Shown: positions 36,560-48,559 of the stretch, in pieces
How the letters are laid out: each line of letters starts with the position of its first letter
Position numbering within the stretch: the stretch's first letter is position 1
NCBI GenBank assembly: GCA_036172245.1
Contig: JAYWIR010000041.1
Coordinates: 1,178,001 to 1,242,000, forward strand
Source of the DNA: Raillietiella orientalis
Taxonomy: Eukaryota
Direction: 5' to 3'
Length of the DNA: 64,000 bases
Position numbers and translations under genes: made by a program
Notes under the pieces: generated by a model
Databases searched by the model: none
What the model was told of the DNA's origin: nothing
What the model saw: only the letters and a program-made list of their open reading frames with translations

Positions 36560-38760
36560 GGGGTGGGGTGGGCAAGCAGCCTCCGTGCATCCTTGCTCCT
36601 GGAGTCCTGGCACCATACCGAGGGTCACCCCCATCGCGGCGCTTTGCGTGTGACGGCTTTCCGGTCGGTGGCGTTTCTGGCGCCGTGCTCTCGGAAACAG
36701 GTGCAGAGGGATCGGGAAGGTTATCTGGAGTAAGCGTCCTTGGGATGACGGCTCTCCGCTTCCCGCGCGCGAGCACGCTCATCAGCCCCGGTGAGATGAG
36801 GGGGGCTGTTGCTCTTGGTTGCCACGGCCAGTAGGACGGCGGCCGGAACGAAACCGGAGCGCCTCGAGTGCGGCTTCGCTGCGTGACGTCATCAGCCATC
36901 AGACGTCATCCGTCAGAGCAATGTCATCTGAAAACGCGGGACGCTTCGCGACTTCGGAACGGCGTGGCTGGAAAGGCAGGACGTCGGATCGGCAAGGAGC
37001 GCGCGCAACGAAGCAGCCGCCTCGAAGCTGCGAAGACGGTCGAGCCCACGCCCACCCTCTGGAGCAGAGTCGCCGCTCCTTTTCCCTGCACCCTCAATCG
37101 GGGGACGGAGAAATCCTCCGGTTCGGACGAATAGGGGGACTGTGCGTGCGGAGAGGTTTGGGCGACCACCTCAAGAGGAGTGGCCGCCGTCATGCGCGGA
37201 TCCTGGCAGTGGAGGCAAAGACTACAGCGATTGATTGGATCTGGAAGAGGGATCCAACGGAGCAACCTCTGAGAGTGGTCCAGTCGAATCCCAGTACCCG
37301 GATAAGGCCTGACTTAGGAATGAGTGAACATCGTACATCTGGTAATCACTCGATTTATGATGCTCCCTCGTTGTATGATGATAAGAGGATGATCATGGTG
37401 CTTGCAACCCGCAAGAAGAAGGATGCTCCCATAAGGAAAAAATACACACCAAAAAGCTCCAAGCTTCCGCGTCTTCAGAAAGATTCTCGAGGGTGCTGGT
37501 GCAACGCGGAAGGAGGGAAGCTGAACTCGTGGACTTTGTCTCCGCCGAGGGTGTTCCCATCGTTTAAGTGGTACAATAGCTCCGAACGATCCCTCTGCAA
37601 ATACCACTCGTTGAGGAAGGTTTTTTTGCATAAGAAGTGGCCTCAGTGGCAGGGATTCCTGGCAGTCTTTTCCAAAAGGCGAGTCGCTTAAAATGAGAGA
37701 AAACCAAACAGCAACAAGGAGTTGATCAACCTGCCGGATGTCAGCCTTCCATTGTTTCCAGGGCAACTCGAACGGTACTCTTGGCTACAACTCCAGATTG
37801 GAGGGATCGAAATCTGGAACTCTCTCGAAGCATGTCGAGGTGGCCCCTCGTAAATGTGGTATCCTGCTATGTGAAACATCCGGGAATTGGCTGGGTGTAT
37901 GTCGGATTCGCTCCACGCTTCCTGCTTCCTCGGACTCGAAGATCCCAGGGGATGCACTCGCCCACGACCCACGCACGCGCTCCTGGTTGCGGGCAGTCCT
38001 TGGCAGGCGGAGGAACGTGGCATCAGTTGCCGATCGTTGGGGAGTGCAGAGGCTCCCGATGCACTCCCCAACTGTATCTCCCGGAGCACCAGGTCCGTGT
38101 TGGGGTGCGCGCGCGGTCCGGGAATCGGTCGTAGGCTGCCGGTTGCCGATGGCTGGCCGTGGACTCGCTTGGGACGCGCTACCAGCTCATCTCGGTGAGA
38201 GTATTCGGGCGCTGAGTCGGACGTCAGGCAGCAGTTCTCCGCGTTTTCTTCTGCACGGACGGCCAGCGGCGTGTCCGTCGGGCTATCCCCGAGGTGGATG
38301 AGTGGTGTTGAAATCTTGGTTCCAGGTTCGAGTGCACCGCGGCGTGCCCCGCCTTCTCGGGAGTTTTCGATTCTGGGTTCTTCGTCGTCCGCCGGAGAGC
38401 AAGCAGCAGGCTGAGACGGTGGCGCCTGCAGCAGCGTGTGCTTCTTTGAAGGTCACGCGGAGGGTCGTCTCCTTCCGTGATGCTCCCTCTGGCACTGTTG
38501 CTGGATGCTGCAAGAAGGCGAAGCGTCATTCTTGCAGCGGATGTCTGGTTGGTCGAGCTTGGCTGCTCTCCGGGGCATCAGGCGTGGTTTGGTGCCGTTC
38601 CCGGAGCAGCGCAGCTGTCAACTCTCGCTTCTTGGTGTGGTCTGGCTTGGTGGTTGAGGCGTCCGCTGAGTCGGGCATCAGCCAGCGGTTTTCCTCGTCT
38701 CCTTCTGCACGGACGCAAAGCGGCGTGGCTGGCTGGCTGATTCCTTCAGGTGCACGGGAT
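36560..38760 (+). mobile_element. Ty3/Gypsy pol relic(s): protease, RT, RNase H
   Basis: VLGMTAL (~36740), ILAVE..TAIDW (~37200-37240), APIRK, WTLSPP..KWYNSSERSLCKYHSLRK (SP..V.K.G..R.C.DY..LNK), VFSK, SAFHCFQG, WLRAVLGR, YLPEHQV (YLGH.V), RDAPSG (TDAS), LADSFR (AD.LSR). Two protease-like segments are separated by the 102-bp-family unit. Confidence 0.75.
36862..36960. repeat. Dispersed third copy of the 102-bp TGACGTCA unit
   Basis: GAGTGCGGCTTCGCTGC(G/A)TGACGTCA is shared with 28529-28554. The downstream CAATG..ATCT.AAAA..C.GG..CGACTTCG pattern is also shared. Confidence 0.8.
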
Positions 38761-38984
38761 CGAACGGGGCTTCGCGGAGAAACTCGGAATTTGCGAACCG
38801 AAGATGTCCGCCGCTGTACGGAAAATGCTCCGAAGCCGCGTACTGCGCGGAGGAGGACATGGCCTTCCCTCGGCGACTGTGAGACGACCATGCTTCTCAG
38901 GGCGAAGATAATATGCAGTGTACTTCTGTGTGAGAGACTTTCAAAATATTCGAGATATTTCATGCTTTCAGCGTAGTCATACTG

Positions 38985-39010
38985 TGACCGTTCCGTCAAC
39001 GGAACGGTCA
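38985..39010. repeat. Perfect 12-bp inverted repeat with a 2-nt spacer
   Basis: TGACCGTTCCGT-CA-ACGGAACGGTCA. Confidence 0.95.
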
Positions 39011-39479
39011 TCCTCGGATTGGTGAGGGAAGCAAATTATTGGTGCTGTTTGTACCTTGATGCTACTGATGGTGCCAATCTCTCTACGATTGCTCTACGGG
39101 ATCCTGGATGCAGCAGAAAAGACGTCAGCCGGGACCTGAGTAGCCAGGCTGACGCGTGACTCTCACGCTTTTGCTGAGGGTCAACTCGGGCAGAAGAGCA
39201 GGAGGCAGCGGGACGGAGCAACAAGAAGTACAGGACGGTAGTGTCCGATCTCGGTTGGAACAGCAGCCGAGGTTAAGACTACGAGGGTCGGAGATCTTCC
39301 AGGAGAGACGACGGAGCAAACGACGATGACGGAGCAATGCCGCCGCCGACGCAACGGGAACAGCTGCAGGTCGTGACTTCTTTTCGAAGAAGCCAGCAGT
39401 CGTCCGATTGCAACAGGACCTGGCTCCAACACAACACTGGTACCGGCGGAAAAAGGAATGCACGAAGACTGACAACATG

Positions 39480-39820
39480 CCTTGCAGTCTGAATCTCACC
39501 TCTCTTCCAGACATTGGACAACGGCGAGCGATGGCTTTCGAGAGTTGGGAGTCCGCTCTTGCTTCTACAGGGCAAACGCTCCACCATCTAACGACGGTTC
39601 CGTGCACTCATGGAAGTCGGCGCTGATTGGTTTTAACAAGAACATGACGCCCATTAGCGCATAATTGCTGCTAGCATGTCCAAGACGATGGAATTCTGAG
39701 ATCCTCAACGGAATTTCGGATCTCGAAGGGAATATCTGGGGTGGCCTAGAGGGTCAACAGGGTGAAAGATGGAAAGGTCAGAGGAGATCTGTGATTATCT
39801 CTCACTCGTTCTGCCAGAAG
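39480..39820 (+). mobile_element. Possible Ty3/Gypsy gag relic
   Basis: DNGERWLSRV...ALMEVGADWF resembles Retrotrans_gag (WL..VE...L.G.A..WF). Confidence 0.4.
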
Positions 39821-40154
39821 GTGAGCTAAAATGCCAGGGTGCGGTTGGTCAGGTGAGCTCGGAAACGCGGGACGCTGGGCACGCCACCATCATTTTCCAT
39901 GCGGCCAGCATCTGCCTACGGACTATCAACCGGGATAAGTAATTACGAAGCCCGAAGTTGCTCAGCCTGCAATGATCCGCCCCCACGCGAAGCATCTGCG
40001 AAGGCTTCCCAGGTAGACTTTTTGTTTATAAATCCGGCAGCTTCGGTCATTTCGCTTACGGACGATTATTTCTTTTTGGTGCGACAGCGCCCACTAATGG
40101 TACCACGCCGATGGTAATTTTTTTTTTTGCAGCTCAGGACGCTCCAGAGGAAGA

Positions 40155-41750
40155 ATGCCATCCATCATGCGTCCCATCAGCATGTTAACATTGTTGCACC
40201 GGGAGGAAACGATGGGGAGGCTGCTGCAGGACCGACCGCCTCTTCCGAAAAGCTCGCTTCGCGGTGATTTGTCGGTACGCGGCGTGCGGAGGGTCCAGAG
40301 CTTGCTAATTGGAATGGATGACAGATCTCGGATCTCGCAGCCGAGCCGCTCTTCGGATGCCGCGGGTTCGCTCCCCTGCTCTTGGTCCGCGCGCGCCGTC
40401 CGCCCTCCTCCGATGAGTCATCCGGCCGTTACCGGCCGGCCCTGCGGCACGTATCTTGCTGGCTCTCCAGTGGTTTCGAGGGACACCCGCGAACCTTCCT
40501 TTCCGGCTATGGGCACGAAGGGCCGGGGCACGCTCGGTCCAGCCGAGCTTCTGTTCCTGCCCGTTCCTCTCCAAGGCCGGAGTTGTTCACAGTCGTTCTT
40601 GCAGGGAGCAGTGCGTTCTTATCCAGGAACTGTGCCTTACCGGAAGGGAGAGACGACCCTTTCCTCCTTGGAACCGCGTGGCCAACGTGCGCGAGATCGT
40701 CTCCTGATGGGGGAGGAGGGGGGGAGAACCTCGTGCTCAACGGAACCTTGGGGAGCTCCCGAGGAGACGCAGGCCGCCTGACTTCCCGGAAGGGACGCGA
40801 CCGAAGGTCGCGGGGCGGGAGGATGGAGCCCCGCTCTCCGCTCCATCTGCCGAGGGAGGGCGGAGGCTGGATGCTGAATCTCCTGATAAGAAGTTCCCGC
40901 CCGAGGTGCCGGAACGGCGCCTCCGCAAGCGAGTCCCGCGACGCCGGCGCTTTCTGCCGACTGTCCGTGGGCGTCGCGCGTGCACGCGCGAGCGAGCGCG
41001 GCACCGGCACGTGCGCGCGCGCTCCCACGCATGAAACGCGCGAAGCGAAGATCGAAGCGCTCAAAGGAGCTTCGAGGGCGGTGGCGGACTGTTGGAGCTG
41101 CTGCACCGGGCATATTCCGCTCTCCCTTTCTCCTTCTGCTCCCAGGGCGCCCAGGGCGGAGGATGGAAGGGTGACTTTTTTCGGAGGTACTTTCTCGAAG
41201 AGAAGGAAACGAAGAAGGCGCTTGTCTGGAGCACCCATCCTCGAACAATCTCTCCTCCGACTCACTCGAAGTTTCTTCCTTTCCCCTTTCTCCGACCCTT
41301 CCGCGCGAGACGCGAGATGAATCGATGGGAGCCGCTCGGCACGAAGGCAGTGATGATCAACGTCATTACGATCGCCTCTTCCCGTCTTGCTGGCCGTCAT
41401 CCTCTCCTCCGTGCTCTTAATCTACCCACGTCTCCTCCTCCTGTGTATTTTTAGAACGTTGGCTGGATCCCCCAGGTCTGATTTCTTGCGCGGCAACCTC
41501 CGGTGTTCGCGAAATCTCTGCGCGCTTTTTTCTAGTTTGTGTGGTCCTTCGAGGAACAGGGATGCCTGCTGTATGCAGGCGCGCCTCCCGAGCCGCTCCA
41601 GCTTTCCCGGGCAGCTTTTTCCTGGAATTGCTGCGCGTCGCTATGAGTTTCTTGCAGGCAGAACTTTCCAAGGTCACCTCGACTGGCTCTCTTCGTTCAC
41701 GGACCAAGGAGGATCATGAATCCATGTAACGGGAGCATAAGCAGCCGGAT
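40155..41750 (+). mobile_element. L1-like RT relic
   Basis: MRPISMLT..GRLLQDR (RPISLLN..LA.RL), AVTGRPCG (VNG), LGPAELLF (ADDL-like), NRWEPLGTKAVMIN (W...L..GK..IN), FF*FVWS. Confidence 0.6.
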
Positions 41751-42186
41751 GGCTCCACTGATCGATGTCTCAAAAGAGCACGCCTCTCCACTGCCACCGG
41801 CATCGTGACCACCATCATCACATCCAGCCGTAACTTTTGCCGAAGTGTGAAATGGAACTTGAGGCGAGCCAAGGAGGTAGTGAAACCGAACATGCAAGAG
41901 CGAGATTCGCAAGGCGTCGGGGTTTAGCTGACCGCAAGTCCGCTTGCGCTGCTCGTGACCGCAGGTCTCTTTGTGCTTTGAGGTCGCAGCTTGGGGTCCG
42001 TGCGTTTTCGTACACCTCACCGTTCCCGCAGCCATCAATACAAAACTCGTCCGCGCTGCCTGACCGCGTGCCCCGCGCGCGTTTCCCGGGACGCGTAGGC
42101 AAAGACGCCACCGATGGCGGGGTATGCAGCGTCCAGCTCGAAACCCAGGTCACAGCAGCTTTGGCATCCACTGCGATGCGGAATTT

Positions 42187-43170
42187 TCACAGAAGGCCGG
42201 CTTGGTCTTCGAGTGTCGGCAGATGCGCACATGCTGCTGGCTGCAGAACCTCCAGTGCCTCCCAGTCGAGGAGATGAATCAGGAGTCTCTGGTACAGATG
42301 CCTGCACGAAACCAACGCAGGATGGACATTCCTGCGAAGCTTGACTATCGAGTCACGGACGAGTCTCATTTCAAAATGGACGCTTCTTTCGTCCTGGTAA
42401 GCTCCCATTTTCCGCTTCTCGCTTTTCTTACATGTGACATGCTGCACGTCACATACATAGATGGATAATGCACGATCCTGCTTTTGCAGAACACGTGTGT
42501 GGGACAGCTTTTCTGCAGAGTGCATGCGCAGGATTCTTTGAGTCTGCAAACCCATGGGAGGTATCCTGCAAGAGTGAACCCAGCGGTCCCGGATGGCCGT
42601 CACACCCCTGGCAGCAGCACCAGACAGTAAACAGGGGCAGCAGCCAGCCAGTGAGCTGGGAGTTTTCTTGCAGGCATCGAGAGGTTCCTTGCTGACTGGA
42701 AGGGGACGAGCACCCGTTTCTGACGAGTTTTGTGCTTCAAGAGTCCCCCGAAGAACTAGTGGTTCTTCCTTCGTGCACAAACACTTCGGCATTCCCATTA
42801 AGGTGAATACGAGATGTTCTGTTGTTTCTGCACTAGGGGGGTTCCAGTGCAATCCAAGCAGGCACCCTGGTTACCAAGGGAGCTGCATCTGCAAACTTTT
42901 CGAGGGTGAGGAGCGATGGAATCGTTCCCTCACCCCTCGACTGACCAAAGCGCCCTCGAGGAACTCTGGAGGGGACTGTCCTTCGGCATTCGGCAAACCG
43001 GAGGACGCCTCAGTGGGTTTGCTGCAGTGTTTCTTCGCGCGAGGCGGACTCACGCCAGGCGTCATGATTGCAATGAGAGGTTGCATCCTCGCCATCGTCA
43101 CGGCCCGCCATGTGCTGGAGTTTCGAGCGCGGCGAAGGGACAGCACACGCATGGCAGCTGTCTTCATGAG
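42187..43170 (-). mobile_element. L1 3' relic with zinc finger followed by an RNase H-like domain (plant-L1 architecture)
   Basis: ORF 42187-42852 contains AETTEHLVF (zf), LSGAAARGVTAIRDRWV (DG...G.G..IRD..G.W), SAEKL, IYVCDVQHV (E.DS..V), SCRHLYQR (HV.RE.N). Confidence 0.55.
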
Positions 43171-43407
43171 GATGGCTGCTAGATGGCCTCACCTCCAGGA
43201 AGTCGCTAGGAAGATCATGAGCAATCAGCATTAGCTCTAGGAAAAAAAGGAGTAGCTGAAACCAAAGACCCCCGCCTCCCGCTTCCTTTTTAGGAAAAAA
43301 AAAAAATACTTATTGCCCTCTCCTTCGCACTCCGGACTTCTTTAAAAGCCCGTCTGTGTGCCGGTGGTCATTCCCTGAGAACTTTTTTTGCTCTTGTTCT
43401 TGTTTTC

Positions 43408-43464
43408 TGGGAACTGAGTTCCGAATGAATTAATTTATTTTATTAATTCCTTGGGAACTGAGTT
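43408..43464. repeat. 13-bp direct repeat flanking a 31-bp AT-rich hairpin insert
   Basis: TGGGAACTGAGTT at 43408-43420 and 43452-43464; internal GAATTAAT-TTATTTT-ATTAATTC at 43427-43449. Confidence 0.9.
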
Positions 43465-43559
43465 TACTCATTTTTAAGTAATCTTCCCCAGTCATCGGGT
43501 TAAAACGTACGCATACAAACACACACACGTACATACAAGTTGCATATGCGTGTATGTGA

Positions 43560-43790
43560 TTTTCGTATCATGTCCGCTTCAACTTTCAAAACAAACACTT
43601 TCTGCAGACATTTTGTCTGTCCCTCTGATTCCACGGAAGTCTTGAGTACTGCAAACGAGCACAGCAGCGTGTGTGTTGTGTATGGGTCAGCGGAGTCGAA
43701 GGTCATTCTGAGCACACAGCTGCCAGGACGGAGCGAAATTATCTTCACCTGGTGAGTACGAAAGCCATCGACGGTCGAAACACTTCCGAG
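43560..43790 (-). mobile_element. Non-LTR (RTE-like) RT domain 2-3 relic
   Basis: DGFRTH (GFR), VLRMTFDSAD...LLCSFA (DL.KAFDSVD...L..FG). Confidence 0.5.
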
Positions 43791-45899
43791 CCGCGTCACG
43801 AAATGAAGGCAGCGCCCTGAGATGTGGAAAGTGTTGGTGAGGCGTGAAATTCCTGGCCCCCTGCTCAGGATTCGTGCACGCGGTCAAATGCACTGCGGTA
43901 GCAGCACACGCGCGGGCGCGAATCGCTTTCGCTTCGTACGTGCGTGTTTTAGGGGCGCACAACTTTTTTTTGCGCGCTCGCATGCAGCCCGCTCTGGGTC
44001 GAGAAGCGTTCCGCTCTTCCTGAGTGATCGGCACGCGAAAGAACAAAGAATCGGAACACGTAGTTCATCCCGCCTCATGCGCGGAGGAGATCGGGTCGGC
44101 AAGATGCACACGGAGGTGGGAGAAGTCTTCCGAAGTCTACCACCGCGGTGAGCTGCTTTCCTGCGGCATGACTACCTTCCGTGATCTCAGTGAGGGATGC
44201 AGACTGTGGGATGACACGCAAGTCAAGGTCGTCAGGTGCTTTCATCTCCCGGAACGCCGATCCGAAACAGTCGGTAGAAGCTCCGAGGCCAAAGCGTTTC
44301 GTTTGCCGTTCCCAACTTCCACGGGGCTTGGCGGAACAGCTGAAGAAGGCGCTCCAAATCCACGCGGACCTCGTCCCTGAGGAAGTCCTTCAAACCAAAA
44401 CGTTCCTGCTTTTAACCTGAGCCCCACAGGGAGCTTCCTGTCCGCGAAGGCAAGCCATCCTGCAGAGAACCGGGAGAACCAGGAACAAGGGCAGGTGGAT
44501 GCACCGTAGAATCGAGAGGCGAAGCACAGAGCTGTGAGCTGTGTTTTTAAAGTAAACAGAGCAGAGATTCTTGTTGTGATAAGAGACTAATGAATATAGA
44601 GGACGGTCAGGTACCTATCTTTCGACGAAACCGAGATGCTGATGCATTGCAGTTGGAGTTCTTGCGCTGAGGCGGTAAAAGGAAGTCGCGAAAGAAGAAG
44701 AACGGAATCGGGGATTCCTTTTTTTTTTTTGCTTTTTTGGGCATCTTTTTTCATGAACCTCAATGTCTCGTGCAACTCGGCGCGATCCGTCAGACAAATC
44801 CCATCTCAGGATTGCGGCTCGAGCGGGCTCACTGCTTGCATCCCGCAGCCCATCGTGGTGGAATCTCCCGCAATCTCTTTTTCGGATCTCGAAACGCTTC
44901 AGGAACTGTTATCGGGCGACAGCCTCCGCGGATGCCGCTCGCTTCCCGGGTGCAGTCGCGTTTTCCCGAAGGAGAGGCGAGAGATGTCGACGTCCGCGGT
45001 GTCCTTTGGGGAAGGGGTGGGTGGTGCAGCAGCCTTAGGTGATTCGGAAGGAAGGATAGAGAAGGAGAGGGAGGGGAGTGGCACGAGAGAAACGGACGCT
45101 TGGAGAGCCGAATGCTCCAAGAGGAAAGTTCGAGGGGAGGGGAGTCCGACGCTTGACCTGCAGGAAGCCACCAAGATCCAAGATTCAAAAAGAAAAAAGA
45201 AAAGAAAAATGTTTTTGAAATTCCCAAGAAAACTTGGTGTCGCAAATTCCTTTTTTTTTTTTTTTGTCGCGAGGAATTTCATCAGGACTCTTCAAATGAA
45301 CTTTCGGTTCGATGCTACTTCCGGGTCTTCTAGCCCGCTCGCAAGGGCTCCCGAGAGTCCCACGCGTTGGTTCTGGGTTTCGGGTCGCTATGCCGCTCCC
45401 TCTATTCGACTTTTCGAAATCCACTTGAGGAAAAGCAGAGCCCGGGTGCTTCCGAAGAGTCGAAAGACGGGTTTCCTGGAAGCGTGTAGGTTTTCCCGCT
45501 TTTCTCGCTTTCGGAAGCGGAAGCGCGCCGATTGTCTCGCGGCTGCCGTGCCATCCCGTCTGCCATCAAATCATGTTTTCCGAAAAAAAGGAGAAAGGGA
45601 GTTTTCTGCGGGGGTGTTCTTCGTTTTCTCATGCGTCTGTCGAAAGAGGTTCTCTTTCTTTCTTTTTTTGCACAAGAGCGAAAATTACCTGGCTCCTCAT
45701 TTCCCTAAGAGCAGATTCGAAATTAACTGTCATCCTTTTAAGAACGCGGGCGAGCTCGTGAGTTACCGTGGTGGATTCTTGGTTTTCCTTTGCCTCGGTT
45801 CAAATAATCGTCTTGGCAGAGTGCGCGTCCTATGCTAATTCGAGGGGGACGCGCCTCGAGAAAGTGATCCGCACCGGATTCGACTTGGCATGTCGGCTG

Positions 45900-46360
45900 C
45901 TGCTGCCGGGTCCGTCAACGCTCTTGCGTTCTCTCCCCTCCTGCTGTTTGTGGCTCGACGTTTTCACTCTCCGGATGGGCGAAAACAGCGCATTTTCCCC
46001 GTCCCTCCCGCTCCCGTTCTTCTGGTCGCTTCTTCCTCGGCTTTCGAACGGAGCCGTCTTGTCTCGTGGGGCTTGAAGGATAGGGAAAAGGTCTCCGAGT
46101 CCAGGAACAGCAGCTTTGTTCTCTTCGTTTATTTTGCTTGTCTGCAAGTGCCTTTCCGCCACCCAGTTCCCTTGAGCCCACGCGCACGGTTCCGAGCGAC
46201 CATGGCGACGCTGTTGACATTGGAGCCTTCTGGTCAGGGTTTTCGAGTTGGCCCATCGAGTCCATCTTCAGGAAATGAGCCTTGCCATGGAAAGAGCATC
46301 TCGGAAGTTCACGCTTTGCTCAAATTAATCTCGTTTCGTCCGTGCCTGGTTAAGCGGACT
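45900..46360 (-). mobile_element. Possible Ty3/Gypsy integrase relic
   Basis: GTDETRLI..RELP....HFLKMDSMGQ (G..KT..I..R..WP...F.K.C..CQ-like), ASPW, SWTRRPFPYP. Confidence 0.3.
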
Positions 46361-46389
46361 GCAGGGATGGAGGGATCTTATGTTAGCCC

Positions 46390-47720
46390 GTGTTGGCAAC
46401 CGTGAGGCTGCAGTCTCCGCGCGTGGTGCAAAGAGTAGCAGGTTCAAATCCCACCTGGGGAAGGATCAAGCCAAGGAACAAGGGCCTCGTGGGTTTCGAG
46501 TTCCCCCCCCCAGGACGACGCTGGTTGGCCTCTAGGCTTCGGGTGCGGCACTGGTGGAAACCCAACGCCCCTGCTGACTGGCCGGGATTGGAAGTTGACC
46601 CTCCGGGGTCCTTCCAGGGTACCAAGGAGCGCCGGTTGCATCCGGAATTCTCCTCTGGTTGTGAAAACGGAGTCGCCCTCCCCCTCAAGAAGCGACTCTC
46701 CATCGCGTATCATGCAGATGGTTGACTGATACGTCTCCAGAGTGTAAGAAGCGCTCTGCTGCCTTCCGGGAGTGCCCTCCAGAGAAATTGGGAAGCGTCC
46801 CTTCGGGGTTCTCTTCAGAGGAGTATCGAAGAGAGGATTCTTCCCAGAGGGTTCCCCCAAAGAGAACAAGGAAGAGGTTCCTTTCGGAGACAACCAGGAC
46901 AAGGTTCCCTTCCGGGTTCCCTCTCAAGAGTGAGAGAGGAACGGACTCCTTCCTCTCTCACTCTTCACATACTCATCTGGTTTCGAGGTTTTGATTGTGA
47001 TCAAGACTCCTTCCTCGGAAGCCTTCCTGGATTCATAGGCTGTCCGGGGGTTATTCCCTATAAATTGAAGAGTTGCACTCACCCACAGGTGGAATGGGCA
47101 GTGTTAAAGAGCTTTGAAGGCACCTCCCTAAGAAGGCGAACGTTTCTTCAGCACTTGGCGAACCCCCCCCAAAAGCTCAAGCAGCATCCCTTTGAGGAAA
47201 ACTCCCGTCACGTCCCGACCAGCATCCTTGCTTCTGCTTTGCTCGCTGATACCCTTCGTCCCTAGAGAGATGCTTCCAGAGCGCCTGGAAGTGTTCAAAC
47301 AGTAGCGAATCCGCTCTTTTGATCACTTTTAAATGGTCCATCATCCCGTTCAACTACCTGTCTCAAATTCTGCCTTCCAGAAATGAAGCGTCGAGCATCG
47401 CTTCCCCTCTGCAAGCCGGCGAGTTGCCCGTAGGCAGCATTCTAGGGAATCAAAGGCGTTTCCCCCACGGCAGTCTGCAGAAGCGAGGTGTCTGTTTGTC
47501 CCGAGGAGGAACGAGACATCTTGAACACTTGGGCTCCTCTAGTAGGGCGTCTTCTATTCCTATGGCATTGTCCCAGGTGTGTTGGGCTGTGTGCTCCATT
47601 GTTTCCGCGCTACACACCATGAAGCATGGTGACGTTCACTGTGCACACACACGCCATGGCAGCTGTGAGCTGGACTATTGTCCCTGTATTCCTTGGTCAT
47701 TCTCTGAGCTCAAAGGAACG
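46390..47720 (+). mobile_element. Ty3/Gypsy protease-RT relic, copy A (inverted paralog of 59640-60735)
   Basis: VRHWWKPNAPADW (LG.DW...N..IDW), DSFLGSLPG...VIPYKL (DVF...LPG...H.I), AAF*GI (GYWQI-like), VFLGHSLS (FLGH.IS). Clear nucleotide homology to copy B over more than 1 kb. Confidence 0.65.
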
Positions 47721-48559
47721 ATTTCGCGAGTTGTCATGAGCAACAACGCGAGTCGGTGACGGATGAATTTTCGACAACGAGGAGAGGCTGGATTTCCGGG
47801 TCCGGTGCCCCTAATTTCAATCACATGCAAGCATCCGATTCTAGGAGAAGACTGGAGATTCTCATCGAGGCACTCAGAAAACAAAAAAAAACTGTGGTCT
47901 TCGAAACAAATCATGCGTTCAAGAGTATTTTAATTCATCAGGCATCGCTCTGGACCTCCACCGGATTTCTCGAACCATTCGTCTTTGTGCAGACCTCCCC
48001 TAAGCTTCAAGAATTTCCTTTATGTTTTTTGCTTTTTTGTTTTCCAGAGGCCCTTCAGCGCCCGATCTTTGTTGTCAACTCAGAGGACTGAAATGTCTGT
48101 TGCCATTGGAAACGGGCATTTTCAGCATCTTCTAACGATCGCCAATGACGCGGCATGGGTAAAAGCAATGAATGTGTCCACGACCGACTTCCTCGAACTC
48201 TTCGAGTAGTGCTGCGAATGTCTGTCGAAGAGACTGTGAACAAACACACAAACAAAAAAGGACGAAATGTCCGGCAGGCCGAAAGGATAAGTCGTGACGG
48301 TGGACACTCATGATGCCGCTCCCGTTTTCGACCCCATGCGAACAGTGGGGCAGGCGCAATCCCCAAATGAAGTCGGTCTTCTCATAATTTTCTTGCAGCT
48401 CCAGAACAGTCAGTTCAAGGGAGCGGTCGAAGATTCAGACAACAGGCAGAGAAAACCCAAGGAGGTCCGGACTGCTGGACTCGGCCCTCCGCGGTGCCTG
48501 CCTCTTCCTCTCGGATCATGCCGCAATCTGTTCCCATTATTCGCATGTCTGATACTGAA

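Noticed and set aside
43608..43751. 144-nt open 'exon' with ctgcag/GTGAGT splice sites, or a SEA-like SLRPGS on the minus strand
   Set aside because: The minus strand matches RT motifs (GFR, TFDSAD), and there are no partner exons.
44636..45838. 400-aa ORF
   Set aside because: It crosses several poly-T and poly-A runs, giving F/K strings, and has no recognisable domain.
47055..47070. CTATAAAT TATA-like box shared with ~60140 (LTR promoter?)
   Set aside because: It lies within the putative RT N-terminal coding segment (VIPYKLK). No TG...CA termini, PBS or PPT could be defined.
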